Under the pieces are notes generated by a model. That model was not told where the DNA came from. It saw only the letters and a list, made by a program, of their open reading frames with translations, and searched no databases. Both the position numbers and the translations under genes were made by a program. From Candidatus Zixiibacteriota bacterium (lineage in GTDB: Bacteria > Zixibacteria > MSB-5A5 > WJJR01): 15,009 bases of DNA. Positions within the stretch are counted from its first letter, which is position 1, and every line of letters starts with the position of its first letter. The stretch lies in contig JAVHPP010000061.1 in the NCBI GenBank assembly GCA_036170655.1, positions 1 through 15,009 on the forward strand. The letters are read 5' to 3'. Of this stretch, positions 7,920 through 15,009 are shown one piece after another.

Positions 7920-10900
7920 ATGAGCGGCGTCCGCGATGACAAACCAAGACGGCGGATTGTCACCTGCTCGATATCACGTCTGCTGACGCTTGGGCTTCTC
8001 TGTCTGTCGTTTCTACTCGAATCTTCCATTGCTTTTGGGGAGGCGATTCCATACCGGTCGCCGGACACAACTCGGTCCCCCAGTGCCGTGGTGGTCAAGG
8101 TCCGTCGCGGATACTTGAGTGGTTCAACTGGCGGTCTGACTTTGGGGGTCAGCGATGCGGCGGGCCAGGTGCGTTCATGGGCAGCCGGCGTCGGAGGCAG
8201 TCGCATTCGAGCGCTCTGGCCGGGTCGGGATTCGCCGCTCCAGGCCGCGGAGCCAGAGGATCATCCCGGACGCCGTGCGTTCATTGTTGTGCCGGATACG
8301 GGCGTGAGCGCCGATGAACTGGCGCGCAGGCTGGAACGGCTCCCGTGGGTCGAATACGCGGAAGTCGACGGTGAGTTCACACTCCACAGTGTGCCGAACG
8401 ATCCCCTGTATCCGCGCGAGTGGCCTTTGGAAAACACGGGGCAGCTCTATTGGTCCGTGGAGCGGATCAGCGGGTCCAACAACGATACGCTGGCGAACTT
8501 GAACGGTACGGTGGGAGCCGATCTCAAGTTCCCGTCATCGTACAACCATTCCGGTTCCAAGGCCGCAGTGCCGGTTGGCATCGTCGACACCGGCATCGAC
8601 ACCGGCCACGAGGACATTGCCGATCGGCTGTATGTCAACTTGGGCGAGATCCCGGATAATGGCATCGATGACGACCACGATGGATTTGTGGACGATGTCT
8701 TCGGGTGGGATTTCTCCGGTGACGTTGCTGCCGGACCAATTGACATTGTCCCTGATAATGATGTCACGGATCAAATCGGCCATGGGACGCATGTGGCAGG
8801 CACGGTGGCTGCCACGGTCAACAATGGGATCGGGATTGCTGGCGTTGCGGATTCCGCGCGTGTCTTCGCGAGTAAAATCTTTCCCAATGCTTACTATTCG
8901 GTGTCTGCCCAGGCGATCTACTATGCCGTGCTGCGCGGCGCGCGCGTCATCAACATGAGCTGGGGCGGATCGTTTCGCTCGAAGACATTGGGCGATGCGC
9001 TGCAGTACGCGCATGACCGGGGTGTTGTCCTCGTGGCATCGATGGGAAATTCCGGGCAGAACGAAGTTTTCTACCCCAGCGGGTATCCGTCGACGATTGC
9101 CGTGGGAGCATCGACCGCCAATGACCGGCTCGCGCGGTTCTCCACGTTCAATGATCATATCGCTGTTATCGCCCCCGGTGAGGATATTCTGTCCCTGCGC
9201 GCAGCGGGGACGGACCTGTACGCCGATGGCGGCGAGCCGGTTGTGCATGTTATCGACAATCGTTACTATATCGCCTCCGGCACGTCGATGGCGGCGCCGC
9301 ATGTGACCGGCGCTGCGGCTGTCTTGCTGTCGATTGCGCCGGGACTGACCAACGAAAGGGTGCGACAGATTCTGACATCCACGGCGGACGATATCCTCGA
9401 TCCCTATGGTGACGGCGCGAATCGGCCCGGATATGATCTCTACACGGGATGGGGCCGCATCAATCTCAGCCGCGCCATCGCTGCCCTGCCGGGAATCTTT
9501 GTCACTGTCAGCAATCCGCAGCAAGGGCAGTGGATTGGCGGTACGGTCGCCATTCGGGGCTCAGCGTCGGGGCCGTTGTTCAATGGTTTCGCTGTGAAAA
9601 TTGCCTCTGGCCGCTCTCCAGGTCCGTTTGTATGGACCACGCTCGTGACTTCCAACACACCGGTGACCGACGATGTCCTGGCGAATTGGAATACGGCTGG
9701 CTTGGTGGGTGCGTACACGATTAGAGTTGATGCCGGCACAGATGCGGCCGTTGACGTTCCCGTGAATCTTGTGCAGTCTCCGACCGCGACGTTATTGTCT
9801 CCCTCGAGTGGTGATACCGTGCAGCTCTTGGCCATGGTGAGGGGAACCGCCGCCGCGTCCAGCTTCAGGAAGTACCGGCTCGAAGCCGCCGGTCCGATTC
9901 CGGCGGCGACCGTCCGTCCGATCGGCGACTACACGCGTCCGGTTTGGAATGACACGTTGGGGATATGGAAGCTGGATCAACTTCCGGTGGGTCGCTACTG
10001 GCTGCGCCTGATTGTTGACACCGATACCGGTTCGTTCCGCGATTCGGTAACGGTCACAGTGGCCAGTATGTTTCACGCAGGCTGGCCGGTGATATTGCCG
10101 GCCACGGCTCACTTTGCTGTCGCCACGATAGACTTGGACGGGGACGGCACCGACGAAATCATCTGTCCCACCGCCCGTGGTCTCTGGGTCCTCAAATCGG
10201 ACGGAACAGTTTATCCCGGCTGGCCGCGTGATACACTATCCAACCTCAAGACACCGCCTGCGTTCGCCGATCTCGATGGCGACGGCAGGTACGAGATCGT
10301 CATTGCGACCCCGGATTCGATGCGTGTCTACGCATTCATCGGTGAGGAGTACGCGGGCTGGCCCCAGCCGTTCCAAGGCGGCGACCACTTGTTTGGCGTC
10401 AGTCTGCCCACAATCGGTAATCTCGACGGCGAGGGTGGTCTGGAGATCGTGGCTATTGATAAGACAGGACGGATCAATGCCTGGCACGAAGACGGCAGCA
10501 TCGACCACCCGGCCGGGAAGGACTTCGGTACGATCAAGGTGACGAACACAGCGAGCTATGCGCTGCCCCGTGTCTGCATCGCCGACCTGGATGGCGACGG
10601 CCGGCCCGAACTGGTGGCTGCCGGAGATGACATCCATGTCTTCGATGGCAGGAGCGGGCTGCCCTTTCACGGGATGTCATCCTCGATGATCCGGTCCCAC
10701 TACTCCACGCATGGTCTGGTGGCCGGTGATTTTGATGGTGACGGCCGGCGGGAGGTCGCGTATCTCGGATCGAACGTCGCTCAGGGAAGTTTCTTCCTCG
10801 ATGTGATCCGGCCGGACGGAGTTTCACTGCCGGGATGGCCGAGAACCATTCCCCAGACGGTGGACAAGTATCTTCTGTACTCACTCAGCGCTGGTGACAT

Positions 10901-11552
10901 TGATGGAGATCGTCAGCCGGAACTCTTCTTTTCTCCCTATTCTCTGGGGGATGGATTCCTTTATGCCTATCACGCTAACGGCGCCTCGGTGGCATCGGAT
11001 TCCGCCGAGGGACTGTTCGCGGCGTTGCCGGGGTCGGCATCGGCGGTGGCGCTGGTCGATATCGACAACGACAATCAGCCGGAAGTGGTGCTGCGCATCG
11101 GCGAGTTGCTTTTTGGGCCGGACCAGATCTATGCGCTGGAGGCCGACGGGAGCTTTGTGAGTGGCTACCCGATCACGTTCGGCAACGGGTCGTCTTCGGT
11201 GATGTCGGCGCCGGTTGTCGGCGACGTCGATGGCGATGGCGAAGCGGACATGGTGACAGTGCAGTCCACCGGCCGGAGCGTGGCCCTGTGGAATCTGGCG
11301 GTCCCGCTGAGTTTGCGCGGCCGTCCGTGGCCGAAATTCCAAGCGGACATCTGGAACTCCGGTGTCATCCCGTCGCCCAACTACGACATCATTTACCTTG
11401 TGCGGATGATCGACATGCTGTACCGCGGCGGTTCGCTCTTCCCGCCATACGAACCGACAGACCTCAACTGTGACAACCGTATCAACCTGATCGATGTCGT
11501 TATGCTCATCAACTACATCTTCAGCGGGGGCGCGGCGCCATGCGTGCCGTGA
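7920..11552 (+). CDS. Secreted S8 peptidase with two Ig-like domains, FG-GAP/VCBS-type beta-propeller and half-degenerate dockerin-like domain
   Basis: 1210 aa; signal peptide; VGIVDTG, GHGTHVAG, SMGNSG, GTSMAAPHV; two Ig-like repeats at about 9500-10065; eight D-[LIFV]-D-G-D-G-x-x-[ED]-like Ca-binding repeats with GWP motifs at about 10080-11363; tail DLNCDNRINLIDVVMLINYIFSGGAAPC. Confidence 0.92.
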   Translation: MSGVRDDKPRRRIVTCSISRLLTLGLLCLSFLLESSIAFGEAIPYRSPDTTRSPSAVVVKVRRGYLSGSTGGLTLGVSDAAGQVRSWAAGVGGSRIRALWPGRDSPLQAAEPEDHPGRRAFIVVPDTGVSADELARRLERLPWVEYAEVDGEFTLHSVPNDPLYPREWPLENTGQLYWSVERISGSNNDTLANLNGTVGADLKFPSSYNHSGSKAAVPVGIVDTGIDTGHEDIADRLYVNLGEIPDNGIDDDHDGFVDDVFGWDFSGDVAAGPIDIVPDNDVTDQIGHGTHVAGTVAATVNNGIGIAGVADSARVFASKIFPNAYYSVSAQAIYYAVLRGARVINMSWGGSFRSKTLGDALQYAHDRGVVLVASMGNSGQNEVFYPSGYPSTIAVGASTANDRLARFSTFNDHIAVIAPGEDILSLRAAGTDLYADGGEPVVHVIDNRYYIASGTSMAAPHVTGAAAVLLSIAPGLTNERVRQILTSTADDILDPYGDGANRPGYDLYTGWGRINLSRAIAALPGIFVTVSNPQQGQWIGGTVAIRGSASGPLFNGFAVKIASGRSPGPFVWTTLVTSNTPVTDDVLANWNTAGLVGAYTIRVDAGTDAAVDVPVNLVQSPTATLLSPSSGDTVQLLAMVRGTAAASSFRKYRLEAAGPIPAATVRPIGDYTRPVWNDTLGIWKLDQLPVGRYWLRLIVDTDTGSFRDSVTVTVASMFHAGWPVILPATAHFAVATIDLDGDGTDEIICPTARGLWVLKSDGTVYPGWPRDTLSNLKTPPAFADLDGDGRYEIVIATPDSMRVYAFIGEEYAGWPQPFQGGDHLFGVSLPTIGNLDGEGGLEIVAIDKTGRINAWHEDGSIDHPAGKDFGTIKVTNTASYALPRVCIADLDGDGRPELVAAGDDIHVFDGRSGLPFHGMSSSMIRSHYSTHGLVAGDFDGDGRREVAYLGSNVAQGSFFLDVIRPDGVSLPGWPRTIPQTVDKYLLYSLSAGDIDGDRQPELFFSPYSLGDGFLYAYHANGASVASDSAEGLFAALPGSASAVALVDIDNDNQPEVVLRIGELLFGPDQIYALEADGSFVSGYPITFGNGSSSVMSAPVVGDVDGDGEADMVTVQSTGRSVALWNLAVPLSLRGRPWPKFQADIWNSGVIPSPNYDIIYLVRMIDMLYRGGSLFPPYEPTDLNCDNRINLIDVVMLINYIFSGGAAPCVP

Positions 11553-11576
11553 GGGGCGCGGTTTCGCGGCATCCCC
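11553..11576. terminator. Imperfect GC-rich hairpin between convergent genes
   Basis: GGGG-CGCG-GTTT-CGCG-GCAT-CCCC directly after the TGA; no U-tract. Confidence 0.35.
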
Positions 11577-11601
11577 GCGTTGCACAGGCCGGCACACAAA
11601 C

Positions 11602-12993
11602 TCAGGGGCGCTTTGGGCGTGACACCGTCATCGCCGCGAGAAACGCACCGAGGTCCGGAGCGCGGTCCAGCCTGTCGACGGCTTCGATCACCCGATCCTG
11701 TGCGGACTTATCCATGGCATCACTGGTCAGCGCGCGGAACTTCTCTTCGATGTCGGCCTCGGTCATCGGATTGTGGGGATTCCCGCGCGGGAAGTCAACC
11801 TGCTGTTCCACCGTGTGTCCGTCACGTGTCGTGATCGCGACCGCGGAGCATTTCTTTGCCGGGAATTGACGTTCAAACTCCGGATCGGCGACCACTTCGA
11901 TCTTGGGGAAAAGTGCGCGCAGCTTCGGCTCGGCGATGCGCGCCGGGGTGAACTGCCGGGGTGTAATCATCCGGTCGGCGATCGCGGCGGCGACGACATA
12001 GGGCAGCGAATGGTCGGCTGTCTCCTTGCTTGTGGGATTGTACTTGCTGGGATCGGCGAGAATGTCTTTGGCGCGGGCGATGGTCCGTACTTTCACATGG
12101 GCGACATCGTCCGCCATGATATTGTGCTCTTTGACGAGTTGCAGCGCGGCCGAGATCGGCGAGTGCGTCAGCGCTTCGGTGGGGAATGCCTTGAAGCCGC
12201 AGCGGACGATGCGCCAGGAGTCGCCCAGCCCTTCGGTCAGGCGCTCCATCTCCCACGCCGGCCCCAGAAGCTGACAGAACCCTTCCTTGCCCTCCAAAAT
12301 CAACTCGGTGCCGATGTAGCCGTGACGGGCCAGACGCGCGGCCATCACGCCGGACGCGGTGGCCATCGGGTCGACCGTGTTTTTCATCATGGTCAGTTTC
12401 CCGGCGGCAACCGCCCCCATCGTCATGTTGTGACAGGCGGAAATGCCGATGGCATTGACGGTCTGGCCGGCGGACAATCCCATCATGTACGCCGCCACGA
12501 CTGGCGAGGCGATCTGTGTCAGTGAGGCATGGTGCCAGCCGCGTTCACGGATGCCGGGGACGGCGAATTCGCAGAGACGCATCTCCAATTCGTACGCCAG
12601 CACGATGCCGGCAATGACATCCGTCCCCGGCTTGTGACATTGCTCGCCGCAGGAGATGGCCGCCGGAATCAAGTCGGAGGGATGGGAGGGGTCCGCCTCC
12701 CAGTAGATGTCGTTGTAGTCCATCACCCGGATGGCGAGTGAGTTGAGCAACGTGGCGCTGACAGCGTTCGTCTTCTGTCCGGATGACCAGACGGTCGCCT
12801 CCGGACTGCCCCCGAGTTCACCAAGGGTGTGATCCATGATCTGGACATCTTCATGCTGAAAGCCCCCCAAGGCACAGCCGCACGAATCCAGAAGGAATCG
12901 TTTGGCCGCCTTCACCGCGGCCGCATCGATCTGCTCGAACTTCAGGCGGGCGGCAAATTCCGCCCAGATTCGTGAGACACTCTTGTCGGCCAC
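11602..12993 (-). CDS. prpD: MmgE/PrpD family protein (2-methylcitrate dehydratase-like)
   Basis: Motifs LLDSCGCALGG, RVMDYND, SHPSD, GWHH, EGKEGF, FKAFP, ETADHSLPY, PRGNPHNPM, EKFR. Start revised from 13089 to GTG 12993 because GAGG lies 5 nt upstream and a promoter lies at 13047-13075. Substrate not established. Confidence 0.88.
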   Translation of the reverse strand: MADKSVSRIWAEFAARLKFEQIDAAAVKAAKRFLLDSCGCALGGFQHEDVQIMDHTLGELGGSPEATVWSSGQKTNAVSATLLNSLAIRVMDYNDIYWEADPSHPSDLIPAAISCGEQCHKPGTDVIAGIVLAYELEMRLCEFAVPGIRERGWHHASLTQIASPVVAAYMMGLSAGQTVNAIGISACHNMTMGAVAAGKLTMMKNTVDPMATASGVMAARLARHGYIGTELILEGKEGFCQLLGPAWEMERLTEGLGDSWRIVRCGFKAFPTEALTHSPISAALQLVKEHNIMADDVAHVKVRTIARAKDILADPSKYNPTSKETADHSLPYVVAAAIADRMITPRQFTPARIAEPKLRALFPKIEVVADPEFERQFPAKKCSAVAITTRDGHTVEQQVDFPRGNPHNPMTEADIEEKFRALTSDAMDKSAQDRVIEAVDRLDRAPDLGAFLAAMTVSRPKRP

Positions 12994-13046
12994 AATCACC
13001 TCGTTTCTGAAAAGAACCTTCCAATTATTCCCGGCAACGATCCCGG

Positions 13047-13075
13047 ATAATGTGCTGCAGAAGTTCAGATTGCAA
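13047..13075 (-). promoter_or_regulatory. Sigma70-type promoter for the prpD-like gene
   Basis: Minus strand TTGCAA, 17 nt spacer, CATTAT. Confidence 0.5.
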
Positions 13076-13164
13076 CAGTTCCCGGCCACTCCACGTTCTG
13101 CCCAGTGGGCCGGAGACCGGCGGGAGAGATAATGACAGAATCGTCCACAGCGGCGATTTTTCTC

Positions 13165-13193
13165 TTGACAAGACGAAGCGTCCGGACCATCTT
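13165..13193 (+). promoter_or_regulatory. Sigma70-type promoter for the FlgD-Ig gene, divergent from prpD
   Basis: TTGACA (13165-13170), 17 nt spacer, CATCTT (13188-13193); T-rich tract upstream. Confidence 0.55.
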
Positions 13194-13390
13194 AGAAGAG
13201 CGTAAGGTGCATTTCACCTGTTAGGAGCAACTTAGAACCCCTTGTGATCGATTGACGACGCCCAACTGAAGATTTACGGGATGATCGTCTATCACTGGAA
13301 CCAGCGTTGGCTGGTTTCTGGAGCGTTTGCGTGGTCAAACCCGTGCGTTTGGCGCGGGTCTCTGACGCAGGCGCACACGGGGAGTTCTGA

Positions 13391-13852
13391 ATGCGCCGAC
13401 GGAGATCACACACGAAGAGTGTTCCGGCCACGGAACAGGCCGGTTGCAGACGGTCCGGTCAGTCACGTCCAGCGTCCGTTGCCTCGCAGGCTCGGTCGGC
13501 CGCCAAAAGCCCCCCGGCCGGCAGGTGTGCCCGGCGTCTGGTGGTTCGCCGAAAAGCGCCCGCCTCGGGCAAGGGTTCGAACACGCTGACGCTCTACCAG
13601 AATCTTCCGAACCCGTTCAGTGAAGAGACCATCATCAGTTTTCTTGTTCCCCGTGGCAGGACATGGCGGATGAGAATCGAAGATGCCGGAGGCCAGGTCA
13701 TTCGTTGCTTCGACGGAAACCGAGGGGGAACGATTACGCTTGCATGGAATGGGTCCGATGATGCGGGTGTCAGTGTGCCCACCGGCACCTACTACTGCCG
13801 GTTGGAGTCCGACAAATCAGCGGACCGGCGAAAGATGACATTGATCCGATAG
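13391..13852 (+). CDS. Small protein: basic low-complexity N-terminus plus FlgD-Ig / T9SS type A-like C-terminal sorting domain
   Basis: GGGGAG RBS 6 nt before the ATG; LYQNLPNPF...IISF...GQVIR...WNGSDDAGVSVPTGTYYCRL...RKMTLIR* (13583-13849) matches the classical CTD pattern. Confidence 0.75.
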   Translation: MRRRRSHTKSVPATEQAGCRRSGQSRPASVASQARSAAKSPPAGRCARRLVVRRKAPASGKGSNTLTLYQNLPNPFSEETIISFLVPRGRTWRMRIEDAGGQVIRCFDGNRGGTITLAWNGSDDAGVSVPTGTYYCRLESDKSADRRKMTLIR

Positions 13853-13962
13853 GTGCGCGTTGCCGGCCACGCTGCCAGGCCTCCGTGGTTCGCTGTCTCA
13901 AACGGACGCCTCGCACACTACAAGAGCGACAGCAATATCTGCCGCACAGAATCGGCCACGAA

Positions 13963-13993
13963 CAGAGCCCCTCGCGGTAGGCGAGGGGCTCTG
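13963..13993. terminator. Strong hairpin, probable bidirectional terminator between convergent genes
   Basis: Perfect 13-bp stem CAGAGCCCCTCGC / GCGAGGGGCTCTG with 5-nt loop; only short T tails. Confidence 0.7.
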
Positions 13994-14026
13994 GTTCCAA
14001 GGCGTCAGAATGCCAGATCGCCAAGT

Positions 14027-14630
14027 TCAATAATCGTAGCAGATCACCGGTGGCGGTCCACCGCTATCGACATAGTCGATGAGCCAGACGATGTCCAACA
14101 CGTCCCATGAGCCGTCGCAATTCACGTCACCAGTCAGGTCGTCGAGAACAGCGTGGCCTACACCGAAGGCGATGTCGACCTCCAAGACCACGTCCAGGAT
14201 GTCGATGACCCCGTCGTTGTTGACGTCGCCACGGATGATTGAGAGCATGGCCTTGTAGGCGTTGGCCAAGCCGTACCCGTAGTACTGGTCCCATCCGGCA
14301 GTCCCCATGTCAGTGGCGGTCCGGGTGATGATCTCGCGAATCTTCAGGTACGGATGGTAGAGATCACGGCTGCAATCCGTAAACCCAGAACCCCCGGTGC
14401 AAGTACTTCACTTCCGTCGAGGCGTTCAGGCAGGAATGTGCCGCGATGAATTCGCTCTGCGCCGGTACTGGGCGGGTCGTGTCAAACTGTACAGCGATCT
14501 TGGACTGGGATGGCACCACGGCATAGGTCGTGTCCAGATCGTAGTAAAACTCCTGTGCAAAGCACACGGGCCCACTGGCGGCCGCCAGCATCCCGAGAGT
14601 CAACAGGGCAATTCATGATCTCATCTGCAT
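14027..14630 (-). pseudogene. Remnant of an S8 peptidase-dockerin gene: nonsense codon plus out-of-frame internal deletion of the catalytic domain
   Basis: GAGAGGGA RBS, then ATG 14630 reading MQMRS*IALLTLGMLAAASGPVCFA (TGA at 14613-14615) and a prodomain-like stretch to about 14367. A different frame then reads DLYHPYLKIREIITRTATDMGTAGWDQYYGYGLANAYKA (typical S8 C-terminal end) and a dockerin (14030-14233). No D/H/S triad motifs present. Confidence 0.75.
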
Positions 14631-14676
14631 TGAAGGTCCCTCTCATTCTTGTGTCAAGTCTAATGGTAACAACCGG

Positions 14677-15009
14677 CTATGGCCTTGGGCCGACATCCAG
14701 CCCGCCAGTCAGCGGTTCCAGCATCGGCAACCGGACGATTCGTTCGAGTGTCATGGTGGGCACATCGATTACCACCATCGGCCCGCTCCCCCAGAAGTCG
14801 GCAAGGGGCGCCGTAATGGCCCGGTGATCTCCGGGCAGGAAACGAACCTGAGCCCCCGGAAGGAGAGGGGTTGGTCCGATGAACGACAGCGTCCGAAGGT
14901 CGACCATGTAGACCGCACCAAGTTCCCCAAAGGCAGTTGTCCCCGGATCGGTGAATGCCGCCAGCGTGCCGTCGCTGCTGATCGCGATCTCACCCAGCGG
15001 ACGATAGAT
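14677..15009 (-). CDS. C-terminal part of a probable YncE/YVTN-like beta-propeller protein (5' truncated by window edge)
   Basis: Frame open from 15009 to TAG: IYRPLGEIAISSDGTLAAFTDPG...GAVYMVDLRTLSFIG...VRFLPGDHRAIT...MVVIDVPTMTLERIVRLP...GLDVGPRP; propeller-blade pattern. Confidence 0.6.
   Translation of the reverse strand: MYRPLGEIAISSDGTLAAFTDPGTTAFGELGAVYMVDLRTLSFIGPTPLLPGAQVRFLPGDHRAITAPLADFWGSGPMVVIDVPTMTLERIVRLPMLEPLTGGLDVGPRP

Noticed and set aside
8535..9524. 329-aa antisense ORF, and similar ones at 82-738, 10881-11597 and 11773-12525
   Set aside because: Lie opposite well-supported genes; composition typical of shadow frames
10080..11363. CRISPR-like or tandem DNA repeats (GACGGCGACGGC-like)
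   Set aside because: Degenerate, in-frame and explained by protein Ca-binding repeats
12994..13089. N-terminal extension of the PrpD-like ORF
   Set aside because: Overlaps a promoter-like element; the RBS supports GTG 12993
13266..13300. Hammerhead ribozyme (CTGAAGA core)
   Set aside because: No stem II followed by GAAA and no matching stem III
13281..13589. 102-aa ORF as a frameshifted N-terminus of the FlgD-Ig protein
   Set aside because: No signal peptide or recognisable domain; 13391 has its own RBS
14613..14615. TGA recoding (Trp, Gly or Sec) rescuing the fourth protease gene
   Set aside because: TGA is the normal stop for six intact genes in the window, and the gene also lacks its catalytic domain

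Overview
GC-rich bacterial window. The Cys-rich dockerin-like tails and the FlgD-Ig/T9SS-type C-terminal domain suggest an FCB-group organism such as candidate phylum Zixibacteria (inference). In order: a secreted DUF3857/transglutaminase-like protein (+); a saccharopine/lysine 6-dehydrogenase-family enzyme (-); three tandem secreted S8 (subtilisin-like) proteases (+), each with an intact catalytic triad and a C-terminal dockerin-like domain; an MmgE/PrpD-family dehydratase (-); a small stand-alone FlgD-Ig/T9SS-CTD protein behind a structured leader (+); a decayed fourth S8-dockerin gene with a nonsense codon and no catalytic domain (-); and the 3' end of a beta-propeller-like gene (-). The best candidate for an undescribed system is a cohesin-dockerin, cellulosome-like protease assembly: protease 1 carries both a cohesin-like and a dockerin domain, and the dockerins share V/I/L-L/I residues at the recognition positions. 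All domain calls come from reading motifs by eye; no searches were run. No rRNA, tRNA, CRISPR array or mobile element was seen.
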